Virus record (IMG/VR): IMGVR_UViG_3300020810_001156
Location: 62,001-126,000 of that record
Length of the DNA: 64,000 nucleotides
Strand: one strand, 5' to 3'
Shown piece by piece: positions 36,849 through 46,510 of the stretch (position 1 is the stretch's first letter; the number at the start of each line of letters is the position of its first letter). The notes below the pieces were generated by a model. The model saw only the letters and a list, made by a program, of their open reading frames with translations. It made no database searches and had not been told where the DNA came from. The position numbers and the translations under genes were made by a program.

Positions 36849-37712
36849 ATGAAGAGGGTAAAACATTCAAAATTTAAGAATACTGGTATTCTATTCGAAC
36901 TTTTGGTGAGGCAAATCACTTTAGAAGTATTGAATGGTGATACTACTGAAAAAGCTAAAAAAATCGTAAGGGAATTTTTTAGCCCAAAAACAGAGTTAAA
37001 CAAAGAGTTAAGATTGTACGAACTTCTTATGAAGGAAAAATATAGTTCAGAATCAAGAGCTGAAAAGTTTATTGATACTGTCAATGAAGCACACAATCGT
37101 ATTGACCAAAAACAACTTCACAAAGAAAAATATAATCTTATCAAAAAGATTAACGAATCGTTCAATATGGATGAATTCCTTTCTTCACCTATTTCTAATT
37201 ATAGAGTTTTGGCATCCATCTATAAGATTTTTGAATCTAAAAAGATGGATAACTATGATGTAAAAGATGTATTCAATTCAAAGATTACCCTCATTGAATC
37301 TATCACATCTAATCCATCTATCAAAACTCAAACAAAAAAAGATACATTAGTTGAAAATTATAAAAAACAAGATAAAGATTTAAGATTACTTACTTATAAA
37401 ATTTTAGTAGAAACTTTTAACAAAAAGTATTCTAATTTAAATGAATCTCAAAAAGCTTTATTAAAAGAATATATCAATAACTTAACAAACACAACTGGAT
37501 TTAAATCATATATACAAAAAGAAATTCCAAATATTGTGAATGAATTAAAATCAATCCAAAAAAATGTTAAAGATAAAGTAACTAAAATTAAGTTGACAGA
37601 AACTATTTCTGTTTTATCTAAAACTAAAATTGGTAAAGTTGTTTCTGATAATCATGTTTCATCTATAATGATGTCATACGAATTAATTAAAGAATTGAAA
37701 GCTAAGATATGA
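36849..37712 (+). CDS. Head-module hypothetical protein
   Basis: 287-aa helical ORF between portal and protease; starts MKRVKHSKFKNTGILFELL. Confidence 0.75.
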   Translation: MKRVKHSKFKNTGILFELLVRQITLEVLNGDTTEKAKKIVREFFSPKTELNKELRLYELLMKEKYSSESRAEKFIDTVNEAHNRIDQKQLHKEKYNLIKKINESFNMDEFLSSPISNYRVLASIYKIFESKKMDNYDVKDVFNSKITLIESITSNPSIKTQTKKDTLVENYKKQDKDLRLLTYKILVETFNKKYSNLNESQKALLKEYINNLTNTTGFKSYIQKEIPNIVNELKSIQKNVKDKVTKIKLTETISVLSKTKIGKVVSDNHVSSIMMSYELIKELKAKI

Positions 37713-38152
37713 AGTTAAGGGAGTTAATTGAAGATTTAATTGCTGAAATTGAGCAAGATGAGTTAGATATTGAAGAGGCTACCACTACTGGTGATGTGGC
37801 TGGTTATAATACCCCTAATGCTTTCAAAGATACTGATGGTACTGATGAAGATGAAGAAAACGATGATAAATTTGTTGATACTATAAATAAAGCAAGTGGT
37901 TACAAAAGAGTTAGTGAAAATCGTTGGTTAGAATTAAAAAAAGATGAATCCACTCCAAAGCAAAAAATTGGTAGAGGGATTTCTAATGTAAACAAACAAC
38001 TTTCTGAAATTGAAACATTCCTAAGATGGTATGGTAGAATTAAAAAAGAAAGTGATTTAAATTCTGACCAATATTGGAAAAGAACACAAAAGAATCTTTT
38101 TAAGATTAGAGAAAGATTAAACACTATTGTAACGCAGATTAGCAAATTATAA
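37709..38152 (+). CDS. Hypothetical (putative internal head) protein
   Basis: Overlaps the previous stop (ATGA); acidic N-terminus MKLRELIEDLIAE. Confidence 0.7.
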   Translation: MKLRELIEDLIAEIEQDELDIEEATTTGDVAGYNTPNAFKDTDGTDEDEENDDKFVDTINKASGYKRVSENRWLELKKDESTPKQKIGRGISNVNKQLSEIETFLRWYGRIKKESDLNSDQYWKRTQKNLFKIRERLNTIVTQISKL

Positions 38153-38159
38153 ATTAGGA

Positions 38160-39230
38160 TTGGCAATTATGAATATTACCAGAGAAACTATTAAAGACAC
38201 ACTCAGAGCCATTATGGCTGAAGAAACTGAGTATCAAACATTTTTCAAAAAAGCTTTAGAGAAAGCAGGGAAATCTATCCCATCAATGTCTGATGAGGAA
38301 AAGAAAGAATTTTTCAATAAGATTGATGCTGCTTGGAACGCTAAAGGAGAAAAGAATGAAGATTTAAAAGGTGACCAACATAAATTAGATGTTGATGGTG
38401 ATGGTGAGATTGAAGCATCTGATTTAGCTGCTTTAAGAGCTGGTAAGAAAAAGGAAGAATCGGTAAACGAATCTGCAGGATGTGGATGTGGTTGTGGATG
38501 TGGTGGTTCTAAAATGAACGAAGAATTCAAATCAAAAGATTCCACTTTTGAAAAAGTATATGGTATCTTTGATAAAAGAGATTACTTTAATGCTAAAGGT
38601 TTAGCAAAAGTACAAATCGGAAACTTTGAAAGAGCACTACAAAAAAACGATAAAGGTGCACAGCAAATCTTAGATAAGTTCAAAGGTGATATGGATAAGG
38701 CAAAAGATTACATTATCCAAGTTATCACAGATAGAAAAAAGGAAGATGCGTTCAATCAATATAAAGCATTTAAAGTAGCAGTTGATTCAATCCAAAAAGG
38801 AAAACCTATATATGGAGCAGTTGATTTAGTAAAATCAAGAATTCATAACAACTCACAAAAATATACGATGGCTCTTTATAGTGCAATTCGTAATCAAAAA
38901 TTTAATAAATGGAAAGATATCCATGCTGATGTTGATTCTTTAATTGGAGAATCGGTAAATGAAGCAAGATTGGGTAAAGTTGCAATGTTGAAAGATGTTG
39001 AAGCTGGTAGAACTTCATCAGTTGAAGGAGTTAAAATTTCTAAAGATTTAGCTTTTGAAATGAGAATGTTCTTACAAAGACCTATGTTATCAAGAAGTAG
39101 AACTGGTATTGCTATTGATAATTCACAAATGAAAGAAGCAATCCCTATGTTAGCAAAAGTTGGAATTCACAAAAGATTATCATCTGGTGTGAAAAAAGAA
39201 TTTGCTGAGTTATTAAAGAAATATAAATAA
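38160..39230 (+). CDS. Putative internal head protein with an EF-hand-like loop and a (Gly-Cys)4 tract
   Basis: TTG 38160 (alternative ATG 38169); DVDGDGEIEASD at 38388-38423; GCGCGCGCGG at 38478-38507; two ESVNE motifs. Confidence 0.7.
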   Translation: MAIMNITRETIKDTLRAIMAEETEYQTFFKKALEKAGKSIPSMSDEEKKEFFNKIDAAWNAKGEKNEDLKGDQHKLDVDGDGEIEASDLAALRAGKKKEESVNESAGCGCGCGCGGSKMNEEFKSKDSTFEKVYGIFDKRDYFNAKGLAKVQIGNFERALQKNDKGAQQILDKFKGDMDKAKDYIIQVITDRKKEDAFNQYKAFKVAVDSIQKGKPIYGAVDLVKSRIHNNSQKYTMALYSAIRNQKFNKWKDIHADVDSLIGESVNEARLGKVAMLKDVEAGRTSSVEGVKISKDLAFEMRMFLQRPMLSRSRTGIAIDNSQMKEAIPMLAKVGIHKRLSSGVKKEFAELLKKYK

Positions 39231-39241
39231 GGATAACCGAT

Positions 39242-39829
39242 ATGAGAAACCTATTAATAGAAACAAACTTATTTGAAGGAAGGGTGAACGAAGATTCATC
39301 AGGAAGAACTATGGTTAAAGGTATCCTTCAAAGAGCAGGTGCAGAAAACCAAAATGGTAGAGTGTACCCAAAAAATATCTTAGAAAGAGAGATAAACAAA
39401 TATCAACAACTAATCAAAGAAAGAAGAGCATTGGGTGAATTAGACCACCCAGATTCTTCAGTTATCAACTTAAAGAATGTATCACATAATATTAAAGAGG
39501 TACATTGGGAAGGTAACGATGTTGTAGGTACAGTTGAAATCTTACCTACTCCTTCTGGAAATATTCTAAAAGAATTATTAAGAGCTGGAATCCTATTAGG
39601 TATCTCATCAAGAGGTATGGGTTCTACTCAACCAATGAAAGATAACAAACTTTTAGTTGGTGAAGATTTTGAACTAATCGGTTGGGATTTTGTTTCCAAC
39701 CCATCTACACATGGTGCATTTATGACTCCAATGAACGAATCGGTAATCAAACAAATTGGTACTGATGTTTGTGGAAATTTTTGTAAAGCACAAGATTTAA
39801 TGAGAGAAATTATAACGGAGTTAGCATAA
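39242..39829 (+). CDS. gp21: Prohead core protease (T4 gp21-like)
   Basis: NQNGRVYP, ALGELDHP (catalytic His), LGISSRGMGS (catalytic Ser), DFVSNPS. Confidence 0.92.
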   Translation: MRNLLIETNLFEGRVNEDSSGRTMVKGILQRAGAENQNGRVYPKNILEREINKYQQLIKERRALGELDHPDSSVINLKNVSHNIKEVHWEGNDVVGTVEILPTPSGNILKELLRAGILLGISSRGMGSTQPMKDNKLLVGEDFELIGWDFVSNPSTHGAFMTPMNESVIKQIGTDVCGNFCKAQDLMREIITELA

Positions 39830-40377
39830 TGAGTAAAAAGAATTTTGACATATACGATTATGTTCACAACAACAAATTTACTTTGAAAGTTGAGAACAAA
39901 GGAGGTACTAAAGTATCTAAAGGATATAATGATATTAGAAAAACTAACATCAACGAAGTAAAAATCGTAGATGGTAAATTTTCATTATCTGAATCATTAG
40001 AAGGTGAAAAAAAATTATCAAATGAAGTTAAGAAACACTTCTTAGAAATTATCTCAACTTATAAAGCATACCAAGAACAAATGAAAAGACAATCTGATAT
40101 CGTTGAGGTAGCAGAAACTTTGGGTGGTATTGTTGAAGCAGCAAAAACATTAACTCTTTCAGAAAATGATGATTGGTTCGATAAAGTAACCATCAAAAGA
40201 AATATGAGTGAGTTGGATAAAATGGATAAAGCATTTGATAAGGTTGCAACTGAAGCAAGAGCTTTAGATGAAAGGTTACATGCATTATATGAAGATATGG
40301 GTAATATCTTAGGTAGATACTATGAGATTGCTGATATTGATATTAATATGGCAAACGAAAGATTAGGTAAAAAATAA
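39829..40377 (+). CDS. Hypothetical head-module protein
   Basis: 182-aa ORF coupled to the protease stop (TAATG). Confidence 0.7.
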   Translation: MSKKNFDIYDYVHNNKFTLKVENKGGTKVSKGYNDIRKTNINEVKIVDGKFSLSESLEGEKKLSNEVKKHFLEIISTYKAYQEQMKRQSDIVEVAETLGGIVEAAKTLTLSENDDWFDKVTIKRNMSELDKMDKAFDKVATEARALDERLHALYEDMGNILGRYYEIADIDINMANERLGKK

Positions 40378-40381
40378 TACA

Positions 40382-41314
40382 ATGATTAAACTAACTGATT
40401 TATTAGAAGCTGAGAAAGCATTCACCGCAACAAGCAAAGAAACTGGTAATGTATCAGTATTCAAAACCAAAGCAGCTAGAGATGCTGCTGTAAAAGCTGG
40501 TTCTCACGAAAAAAGAAAAACTGATAAAGATGATGCAGTAGATGTACCAACTGGAGAGAAGAAACCAAATATGTTCTCTAAAGATACTGGATACGATGCA
40601 CCTGATGCAAAATCAGATGATACTCCAAAAGTAACTCCAAGAAAAGCAAACAAAGTATTAGTTAAGACTGTTGATAAATTCTCAGAAAGGTTAGGATTAA
40701 CTCCTGATAAGTTAGGTAAGGAAGATTATGAAAAGAAAATGCTAACTTTGGTACATGATGCATTAGAAGATGCAAACTTCCATTCAGCAAACAGACAAAT
40801 CTTCGCTGATTTATATGGTAAGCCGGAATTAGCAAAAAGACCTGATTACTCCGAAGCTCCTGAATTTGGAACACCTGAAAGAGATGAGTGGGAAGAAAAA
40901 AACTCTATCTATGGTAAAAGATTTGATTCAGCAACATCAAACTTTGATGATTCGGATGAAATGGTTGGGGCAATCACTTCACAAGCTTCTTGGGATGGAC
41001 AACTTACTATTGATGCTATCTTAGATAAAATGAGAAGAGATGGTTCTAATGAATTAGCAGATAAAATCCAATCATCTTTTGATAAGGATATGGAAAATAA
41101 TGAAGGTACAATTAAACTAACTGATTTATTAAAAGAAGGTAAATTCAAAAAAGAAGAAAGAGATTTAAAAAACATTGCAGGTACAGTAAAAATTGATTTT
41201 GAAGAAGCACTTGAAATGTTAGAAGAAGATGGTGTTTTGGAAGCAATGGAACATTTAGAAAACGCTATTGAAAGAATTCAATATGTTCATAAACAATTAA
41301 AAAGAAAATCATAA
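40382..41314 (+). CDS. Putative internal head protein with a duplicated IKLTDLL(K)E leader motif
   Basis: MIKLTDLLE at the N-terminus and TIKLTDLLKE near residue 243. Confidence 0.7.
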   Translation: MIKLTDLLEAEKAFTATSKETGNVSVFKTKAARDAAVKAGSHEKRKTDKDDAVDVPTGEKKPNMFSKDTGYDAPDAKSDDTPKVTPRKANKVLVKTVDKFSERLGLTPDKLGKEDYEKKMLTLVHDALEDANFHSANRQIFADLYGKPELAKRPDYSEAPEFGTPERDEWEEKNSIYGKRFDSATSNFDDSDEMVGAITSQASWDGQLTIDAILDKMRRDGSNELADKIQSSFDKDMENNEGTIKLTDLLKEGKFKKEERDLKNIAGTVKIDFEEALEMLEEDGVLEAMEHLENAIERIQYVHKQLKRKS

Positions 41315-41323
41315 AGTAATACC

Positions 41324-42208
41324 ATGCCTGCACAATCTCAACAACAACAAAAACTATTCGGATTAGCATTAGCATTCAAAAGAGGTGAAGTTCCTGCTTC
41401 AGAGGTTTCGGATGAAATAAAAGATATTGCTGATAGAATGAGTGAAAAAGAGATTGAAGATTTCGCAGCAACAAAACATAAAGGATTACCAAAGATGAAA
41501 GAACAACTTAGAAAAATCGTAAGAGAGATAATGAGAGAAAGAGCTATCTCTGAAATTGAACTATCTAAAGATGATATGGAAAAACTACACTCTGATGGTG
41601 AAGTTGAAGTTGATGGTGAGAAAGTAACCTTTGAAGAAGGTAAGAAAAGATTCAGACAGCAAGATGGTATTGGTAAAGCTAAATACACAATCTCTTACCA
41701 CGATGGAAAACAAAAACACAAAGATGGTAGTGATTTCTTTGGAATCCAAATCTTCAAAAACAAAAAGGATTTAGAAACTTTCAGAAATGCACTTTTGAAA
41801 AAAGGATATATTGAAGAATCAGTAAACGAAGGTATTGAACCACAAATCAAAAAGATTGCTTACTTTACAGGTACAAGACCTGAAGCAGTTGAGGATTTTG
41901 TTTCTAAGTACGCATTGAATTTTACTAAACTTCTTAAATATGTTGAAAAGGGCGGATTACCCCAAAGAATGGAATTTGTTGCCGCACTTGCTGGTAGACC
42001 AAATAATCCTAAACAAAAGAAAATTATCAAAATGTTTAACGAATCAATTAACGAAGGATACTCTACTGAAGAGAAACGAATCGTAATGATGGCAGTTAGA
42101 AAACTTGCCAAATATAGAAATGTACCATTAGATTATGCAATTAATGATTTATTAGGTGCAGGAAAAGAACTCGAAAGAGATATCAAAAAAGGTAAAATTA
42201 CAAAGTAA
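41324..42208 (+). CDS. Putative internal head protein with an N-terminal DUF3008-like domain
   Basis: MPAQSQQQQKLFGLALAFKRGE...MSEKEIEDFAATKHKGLP matches my recollection of DUF3008; further modules separated by SVNE/SINE. Confidence 0.65.
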   Translation: MPAQSQQQQKLFGLALAFKRGEVPASEVSDEIKDIADRMSEKEIEDFAATKHKGLPKMKEQLRKIVREIMRERAISEIELSKDDMEKLHSDGEVEVDGEKVTFEEGKKRFRQQDGIGKAKYTISYHDGKQKHKDGSDFFGIQIFKNKKDLETFRNALLKKGYIEESVNEGIEPQIKKIAYFTGTRPEAVEDFVSKYALNFTKLLKYVEKGGLPQRMEFVAALAGRPNNPKQKKIIKMFNESINEGYSTEEKRIVMMAVRKLAKYRNVPLDYAINDLLGAGKELERDIKKGKITK

Positions 42209-42272
42209 CTACACCAATTCTATAAAAAACTTATAATTTTCTTTAGTTTTTTATTGTTTTATAAATTTTTAT

Positions 42273-42281
42273 ATATTTATT
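42273..42281 (+). promoter_or_regulatory. Putative phage late promoter (ATATTTATT) for the scaffold-capsid operon
   Basis: Recurrent motif about 140 nt upstream of ATG 42424. Confidence 0.5.
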
Positions 42282-42289
42282 CGTATAAT

Positions 42290-42392
42290 AACCCACGACT
42301 ATGTGGGTTTCATTGGTTAATGAATACTAACTTTTAATGTTTAGTGACCGAACAACCAATTTACACTATTCTATATTGAGGTTCCTCAAATA
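42290..42392 (+). promoter_or_regulatory. Structured 5' leader of the scaffold/major capsid operon (three stems)
   Basis: AACCCAC/GTGGGTT (42290-42309), ATTGGTT/AACCAAT (42312-42360) enclosing ACTAA/TTAGT, and TTGAG/CTCAA (42376-42389). Confidence 0.45.
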
Positions 42393-42423
42393 ACTTCAGC
42401 AAATTTTAAAAATAAAAAGTAAA

Positions 42424-43584
42424 ATGGCAAATTCAAAATTGTTAAAAGAAGCAATTGCGGATGCTAAAGCTGTAAGAGAAACTGCAATCGCTAACGCTAA
42501 GATTGCACTTGAGGAAGCATTTACTCCAAGATTACAATCAATCCTATCAAAGAAGCTACAAGCTGAAATGGAAGGTGAAGAGGAAGAAATCGAAGAGGAA
42601 TTAGATTCAAGTGATATTGGTAACGGTGATGAGGATTCTCCAGTTGAACCATCTGATGTTGCATCTGACGCACACACCGAACTTGGACCTGAATCTGAAG
42701 AAGAAACTGCAGAGGTAGGAGACGAGTTGGAAGAAGGTGAAGGTTCTGTTGAGGACCCAACTAACGCTGATGACGCTACAATTTCGGAAGAAGAAGAATC
42801 TGAAATCGAAGAAGAAGAATCTGAAGAAGAAATTTCTGAAGAGGAAGATGAAATCGAAGAAGAAGAATCTGAAGAAGAAATTGAAGAAGAAGAAGATGAG
42901 TTAGATTTGGAGTCTATCATTAGAGAACTTGAAATGGGTATGGAAGATGAAGAAGAAATTTCTGAAGAGGAAATGGATTCTGAAGAAGAAGTATCTGAAG
43001 AAGAACATGAGGATGAAGTATCCGAAGAAGATGAAATCGAAATGGATTCTGAAGAAGAAGCTGAAGAAGCTGAAGCTGAAGATGAAGATGAAGATGAAGA
43101 TGAGGATGATGAAATCGACTTGGATGAAATTCTTAGAGAAATGGGATACGGCGAAGGTGAAGAAGAAATTGAAGAAGAAGAACACGAAGAAGAGGCTAAT
43201 GAAGAGGTAGTTAGACTACAAACTGAATTAGAAGAAGCTCTTTCAACTGTTAAGACTCTACAATCTACCATCAACGAAGTAAACCTTCTTAACGCAAAAT
43301 TATTATACGCTAATAGATTGTTCAGAGCTTATAACTTAAACAATGAGCAAAAATCTAAAGTTGTTGAAAACTTAGACAGAACATCATCTGTTAGAGAAGT
43401 AAAATTAGTTTACGCTACGTTAGCAGAATCAATGAATTTTACAGGAACTGAGAAGAGAACTAAGAAAGTTGTAGCTGAAGCTGCATCTAAACCAGTTGCT
43501 TCTACTGCACCTGCAAAAGAAATTATTTCTGAAAACACAAATGTATTAGCTGAAAGATTTAAACAATTAGCTAATATCAAATAA
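42424..43584 (+). CDS. gp22: Prohead scaffolding protein (T4 gp22-like), very acidic
   Basis: Immediately upstream of the capsid gene; helical N-terminus, long Glu/Asp tract, C-terminal coiled coil. Confidence 0.8.
   Translation: MANSKLLKEAIADAKAVRETAIANAKIALEEAFTPRLQSILSKKLQAEMEGEEEEIEEELDSSDIGNGDEDSPVEPSDVASDAHTELGPESEEETAEVGDELEEGEGSVEDPTNADDATISEEEESEIEEEESEEEISEEEDEIEEEESEEEIEEEEDELDLESIIRELEMGMEDEEEISEEEMDSEEEVSEEEHEDEVSEEDEIEMDSEEEAEEAEAEDEDEDEDEDDEIDLDEILREMGYGEGEEEIEEEEHEEEANEEVVRLQTELEEALSTVKTLQSTINEVNLLNAKLLYANRLFRAYNLNNEQKSKVVENLDRTSSVREVKLVYATLAESMNFTGTEKRTKKVVAEAASKPVASTAPAKEIISENTNVLAERFKQLANIK
42780..43200 (+). repeat. Low-complexity GAA-rich coding repeat (poly-Glu/Asp) within the scaffold gene
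   Basis: Repeated GAAATCGAAGAAGAAGAATCTGAAGAAGAAATT units and GATGAA runs. Confidence 0.8.
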
Positions 43585-43613
43585 TTTAACTAACATTAAA
43601 AAGGAAAAATAAA

Positions 43614-45230
43614 ATGGCAAATTTTGATTTATCTAAACTAATGGAAGGCAAAAACCCTCAGTCAGTTATGTTGGCTGAAACTAGACAATTAAAGTCTAAG
43701 TGGGAAAATACAGGTCTTCTTGAAGGTTTAAATGAGAAAGAGCAAGGCGCAATGTCTGTTCTTTTAGAAAACCAAGCAAAACAATTGCTTGATGAAGCAT
43801 CACAAACTGGTGTTGCTAATAACTCTGAAGAGTGGAGCGGTGTAGCTTTACCTTTAGTAAGAAGAATCTTTGGTGAGATTGCTTCTAAAGAATTCGTTAG
43901 TGTACAACCTATGAACTTACCTTCTGGACTTGTATTCTATCTTGATTTCAAATATGGTACTGCGCAAGGTGGTAACCCAGCATTCTCTGGAAAATCTCTT
44001 TTCGGTGGTGATGGTTCGGATGTAGGTTCAACTAATGTTGCTGAAAACGGTCTTTACGGAGATGGTAGATTCGGATACTCTGCAAATGATGTAACTGCTT
44101 CTATCGCTGTAGGTGATATCACATTCGCTTCAGCTTCTTGGGCAGAGGTAGGATTTGACGCTTCTTTATCACAATCAATTTCTGATGGTGAAATCGCTAA
44201 ACTTACTTTCGCTGCTCCTGCAACTGCTGATTTAGATGGTGCTAACTCTTTCAACATCTCTGATGATGAAATCGTAACTACTATCAACCAATTCAACGGT
44301 GCTGCTGGTTCTAACTTAGTAATGTTCGTATCTGCATCTGCTGGATATGGTACATCTGCTGCAGATTTCGCTATCTTAACTTACTCAGTAGTTCCTGCTG
44401 ATTACTCAAGAGGTGATTTCGAAGATGGAATGAACACTGGTAAAGTTGCTGGTTCTGGTACTTTCGGTACTGATATCGATATCCCAGAAGTTGACTTAGA
44501 ATTGAAATCTGAAGCAATTGTTGCTAAGACTAGAAAGTTAAAGGCTGTGTGGACTCCTGAGTTGGCGCAAGACCTTAACGCTTACCACTCAATCGATGCT
44601 GAAGCTGAATTAACTTCTATGTTATCTGATTACATCTCATTAGAGATTGATTTAGAAATCTTAGATATGTTAAAGTCTAACGCATTGACTACTGAGTACT
44701 GGTCAGCTACAATCGGTGAGGAGTACAACTCTTCAACTGGTGTATGGTCTGCTGGAACTGCTGGTGTTGCATACCAAAAGAACACTTGGTTCCAAACTTT
44801 AGGTACTAAATTAAACAAAGTATCTAATAAGATTCACCAATTAACATTAAGAGGTGGAGCTAACTTTGTAGTAGCATCTCCTGATGTATGTACTATCTTA
44901 GAATCAATCCCTGGATTTACTGTTTCAGCTGATAAAGATGCAATGTCTTTCGCTGCTGGTGTAACTTCAGTAGGTGCGATTGCTAACAGATACACAGTTT
45001 ACAAAAACCCTTATATGACTTCTAACGAAATCTTATTAGGATTTAGAGGAAGCAACTTCCTAGAAACTGGTGCTGTTTACGCTCCGTATGTACCACTTAT
45101 TATGACTCCATTAGTGTATGACCCAACTAACTTCACTCCAAGAAGAGGTGTTATGACGAGATACGCTAAGAAGATGGTAAGACCTGAGTACTATGGTAAG
45201 ATTTATGTTAAAGATTTAGCATCTATCTAA
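43614..45230 (+). CDS. gp23: Major capsid protein (T4 gp23-like)
   Basis: LPLVRR, VSVQPMNLPSGLVFYLDF, AKTRKLKAVWTPELAQDLNAYH.IDAEAEL, YAPYVPL, RRGVMTRYA. Confidence 0.95.
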   Translation: MANFDLSKLMEGKNPQSVMLAETRQLKSKWENTGLLEGLNEKEQGAMSVLLENQAKQLLDEASQTGVANNSEEWSGVALPLVRRIFGEIASKEFVSVQPMNLPSGLVFYLDFKYGTAQGGNPAFSGKSLFGGDGSDVGSTNVAENGLYGDGRFGYSANDVTASIAVGDITFASASWAEVGFDASLSQSISDGEIAKLTFAAPATADLDGANSFNISDDEIVTTINQFNGAAGSNLVMFVSASAGYGTSAADFAILTYSVVPADYSRGDFEDGMNTGKVAGSGTFGTDIDIPEVDLELKSEAIVAKTRKLKAVWTPELAQDLNAYHSIDAEAELTSMLSDYISLEIDLEILDMLKSNALTTEYWSATIGEEYNSSTGVWSAGTAGVAYQKNTWFQTLGTKLNKVSNKIHQLTLRGGANFVVASPDVCTILESIPGFTVSADKDAMSFAAGVTSVGAIANRYTVYKNPYMTSNEILLGFRGSNFLETGAVYAPYVPLIMTPLVYDPTNFTPRRGVMTRYAKKMVRPEYYGKIYVKDLASI

Positions 45231-45256
45231 TCTGAAGTAATTTAGGATTATAAATT

Positions 45257-45286
45257 AGAGGGGAGAGAAATCTTCCCTCTTTTTTT
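45257..45286 (+). terminator. Rho-independent terminator after the major capsid gene
   Basis: Stem AGAGGGGAGA-GAAA-TCTTCCCTCT (one G-U pair) followed by T6. Confidence 0.8.
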
Positions 45287-45322
45287 ATGCTTCTTATAAA
45301 AACACTATTCTTATATTTCTTT

Positions 45323-45331
45323 ATATTTATA
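45323..45331 (+). promoter_or_regulatory. Putative phage late promoter (ATATTTATA)
   Basis: Recurrent motif after the terminator, 29 nt before ATG 45361. Confidence 0.6.
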
Positions 45332-45360
45332 GATACGATATTAAAAGAGAGGAATAATTT

Positions 45361-46509
45361 ATGTCAGTAGAATACATATACCCTGGTTCATCATCATTTT
45401 CAGTAGGAGATACTCCATTCGGAACTTATGATTCTGATTCTGAGTTCCAAGCCGATGCTCCCAAAATAGCTAATTGGTGTGCAAAAAGATTAGGATATCC
45501 CATACAAAATGTGGAATTAGTTGATGAAAGTTTGTTTGCTTGTTTTGAAGAAGCTACTGCAGAGTATGCTGCACAAGTTAATCAATTCAACATTAGAAAT
45601 AACTTAGATACATTAAAAGGAAATCCAACTGGTACAAATTATAGTGGAAAGTTGGTACAAGGTTCAAATCTACCTGATTTAGTAGCCATTTCAGATGCTT
45701 ATGGTACATTAGCTGGTGTTGGTGGTAATACTGATATTAAAAGTGGTTCTATTGATTTGGTAGCGGGTAAACAAAATTACGATTTAGATATTTTATTTGC
45801 TAATGTAAGTGAAAGCGGAAACCGAATTGATGTAACAACAGTATTTCACGAAGCAACTCCAGCGGTAAATAGATTCTTTGACCCTTATTCGGTAAGTGGA
45901 CAAGGTACTCTAAATTTAATTGATGAGTTTGGATTTGGTTCATTTTCACCGGCAGCACAATTTGTGTTAATGCCAATATTTGAAGATGTATTAAGAATGC
46001 AGGCAATTGAGTTTAATGATACTATTAGAAAATCAGCACACTCATTTAATATCGTAAATAATAAATTACAAATTTTTCCAATCCCAACAACTGCTGGTAA
46101 GTTATGGTTTGAATATTTTGTTAGAGATGAATTTATTCAAAACTCAACATCGGTAACATCTGATGTAGTATCGGATTACTCAAATGTTGGATATGATTTT
46201 ATCCCATATACATCTATAAATGATGTGGGTAAACAATGGATTAGAAAATATTCACTTGCTCTTGCTAAAGAACTATTAGGAGCAATCAGAGAAAAATATA
46301 GTTCAGTACCTATTCCTGGTTCCGAAATATCGTTGGATGGAGCAGCATTACGAGCTGAAGCTCAAACTGAAAAAGATGCTTTGATTGAACAACTCAGAGA
46401 AAACTTAGAAGAGTTAAGTAGAAAAAATCAGTTTGAAATTAGAAATAACGAATCTAATTATCAGCAAGAAATGTTACGAAAAGTTCCATTAACGATATAC
46501 ACCGGATAA
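45361..46509 (+). CDS. gp13: Neck/head-completion protein (T4 gp13-like)
   Basis: KRLGYPIQNVEL, WIRKYSLALAKELLG.IR.KY...P.PG..ISLDG..L..EA; position after the capsid gene. Confidence 0.72.
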   Translation: MSVEYIYPGSSSFSVGDTPFGTYDSDSEFQADAPKIANWCAKRLGYPIQNVELVDESLFACFEEATAEYAAQVNQFNIRNNLDTLKGNPTGTNYSGKLVQGSNLPDLVAISDAYGTLAGVGGNTDIKSGSIDLVAGKQNYDLDILFANVSESGNRIDVTTVFHEATPAVNRFFDPYSVSGQGTLNLIDEFGFGSFSPAAQFVLMPIFEDVLRMQAIEFNDTIRKSAHSFNIVNNKLQIFPIPTTAGKLWFEYFVRDEFIQNSTSVTSDVVSDYSNVGYDFIPYTSINDVGKQWIRKYSLALAKELLGAIREKYSSVPIPGSEISLDGAALRAEAQTEKDALIEQLRENLEELSRKNQFEIRNNESNYQQEMLRKVPLTIYTG

Positions 46510-46510
46510 G

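Noticed and set aside
42396-43274. 292-aa Ser-rich minus-strand ORF and the overlapping K/M-rich + strand ORF 42929..43210
   Set aside because: Both are alternative readings of the GAA-rich scaffold gene.
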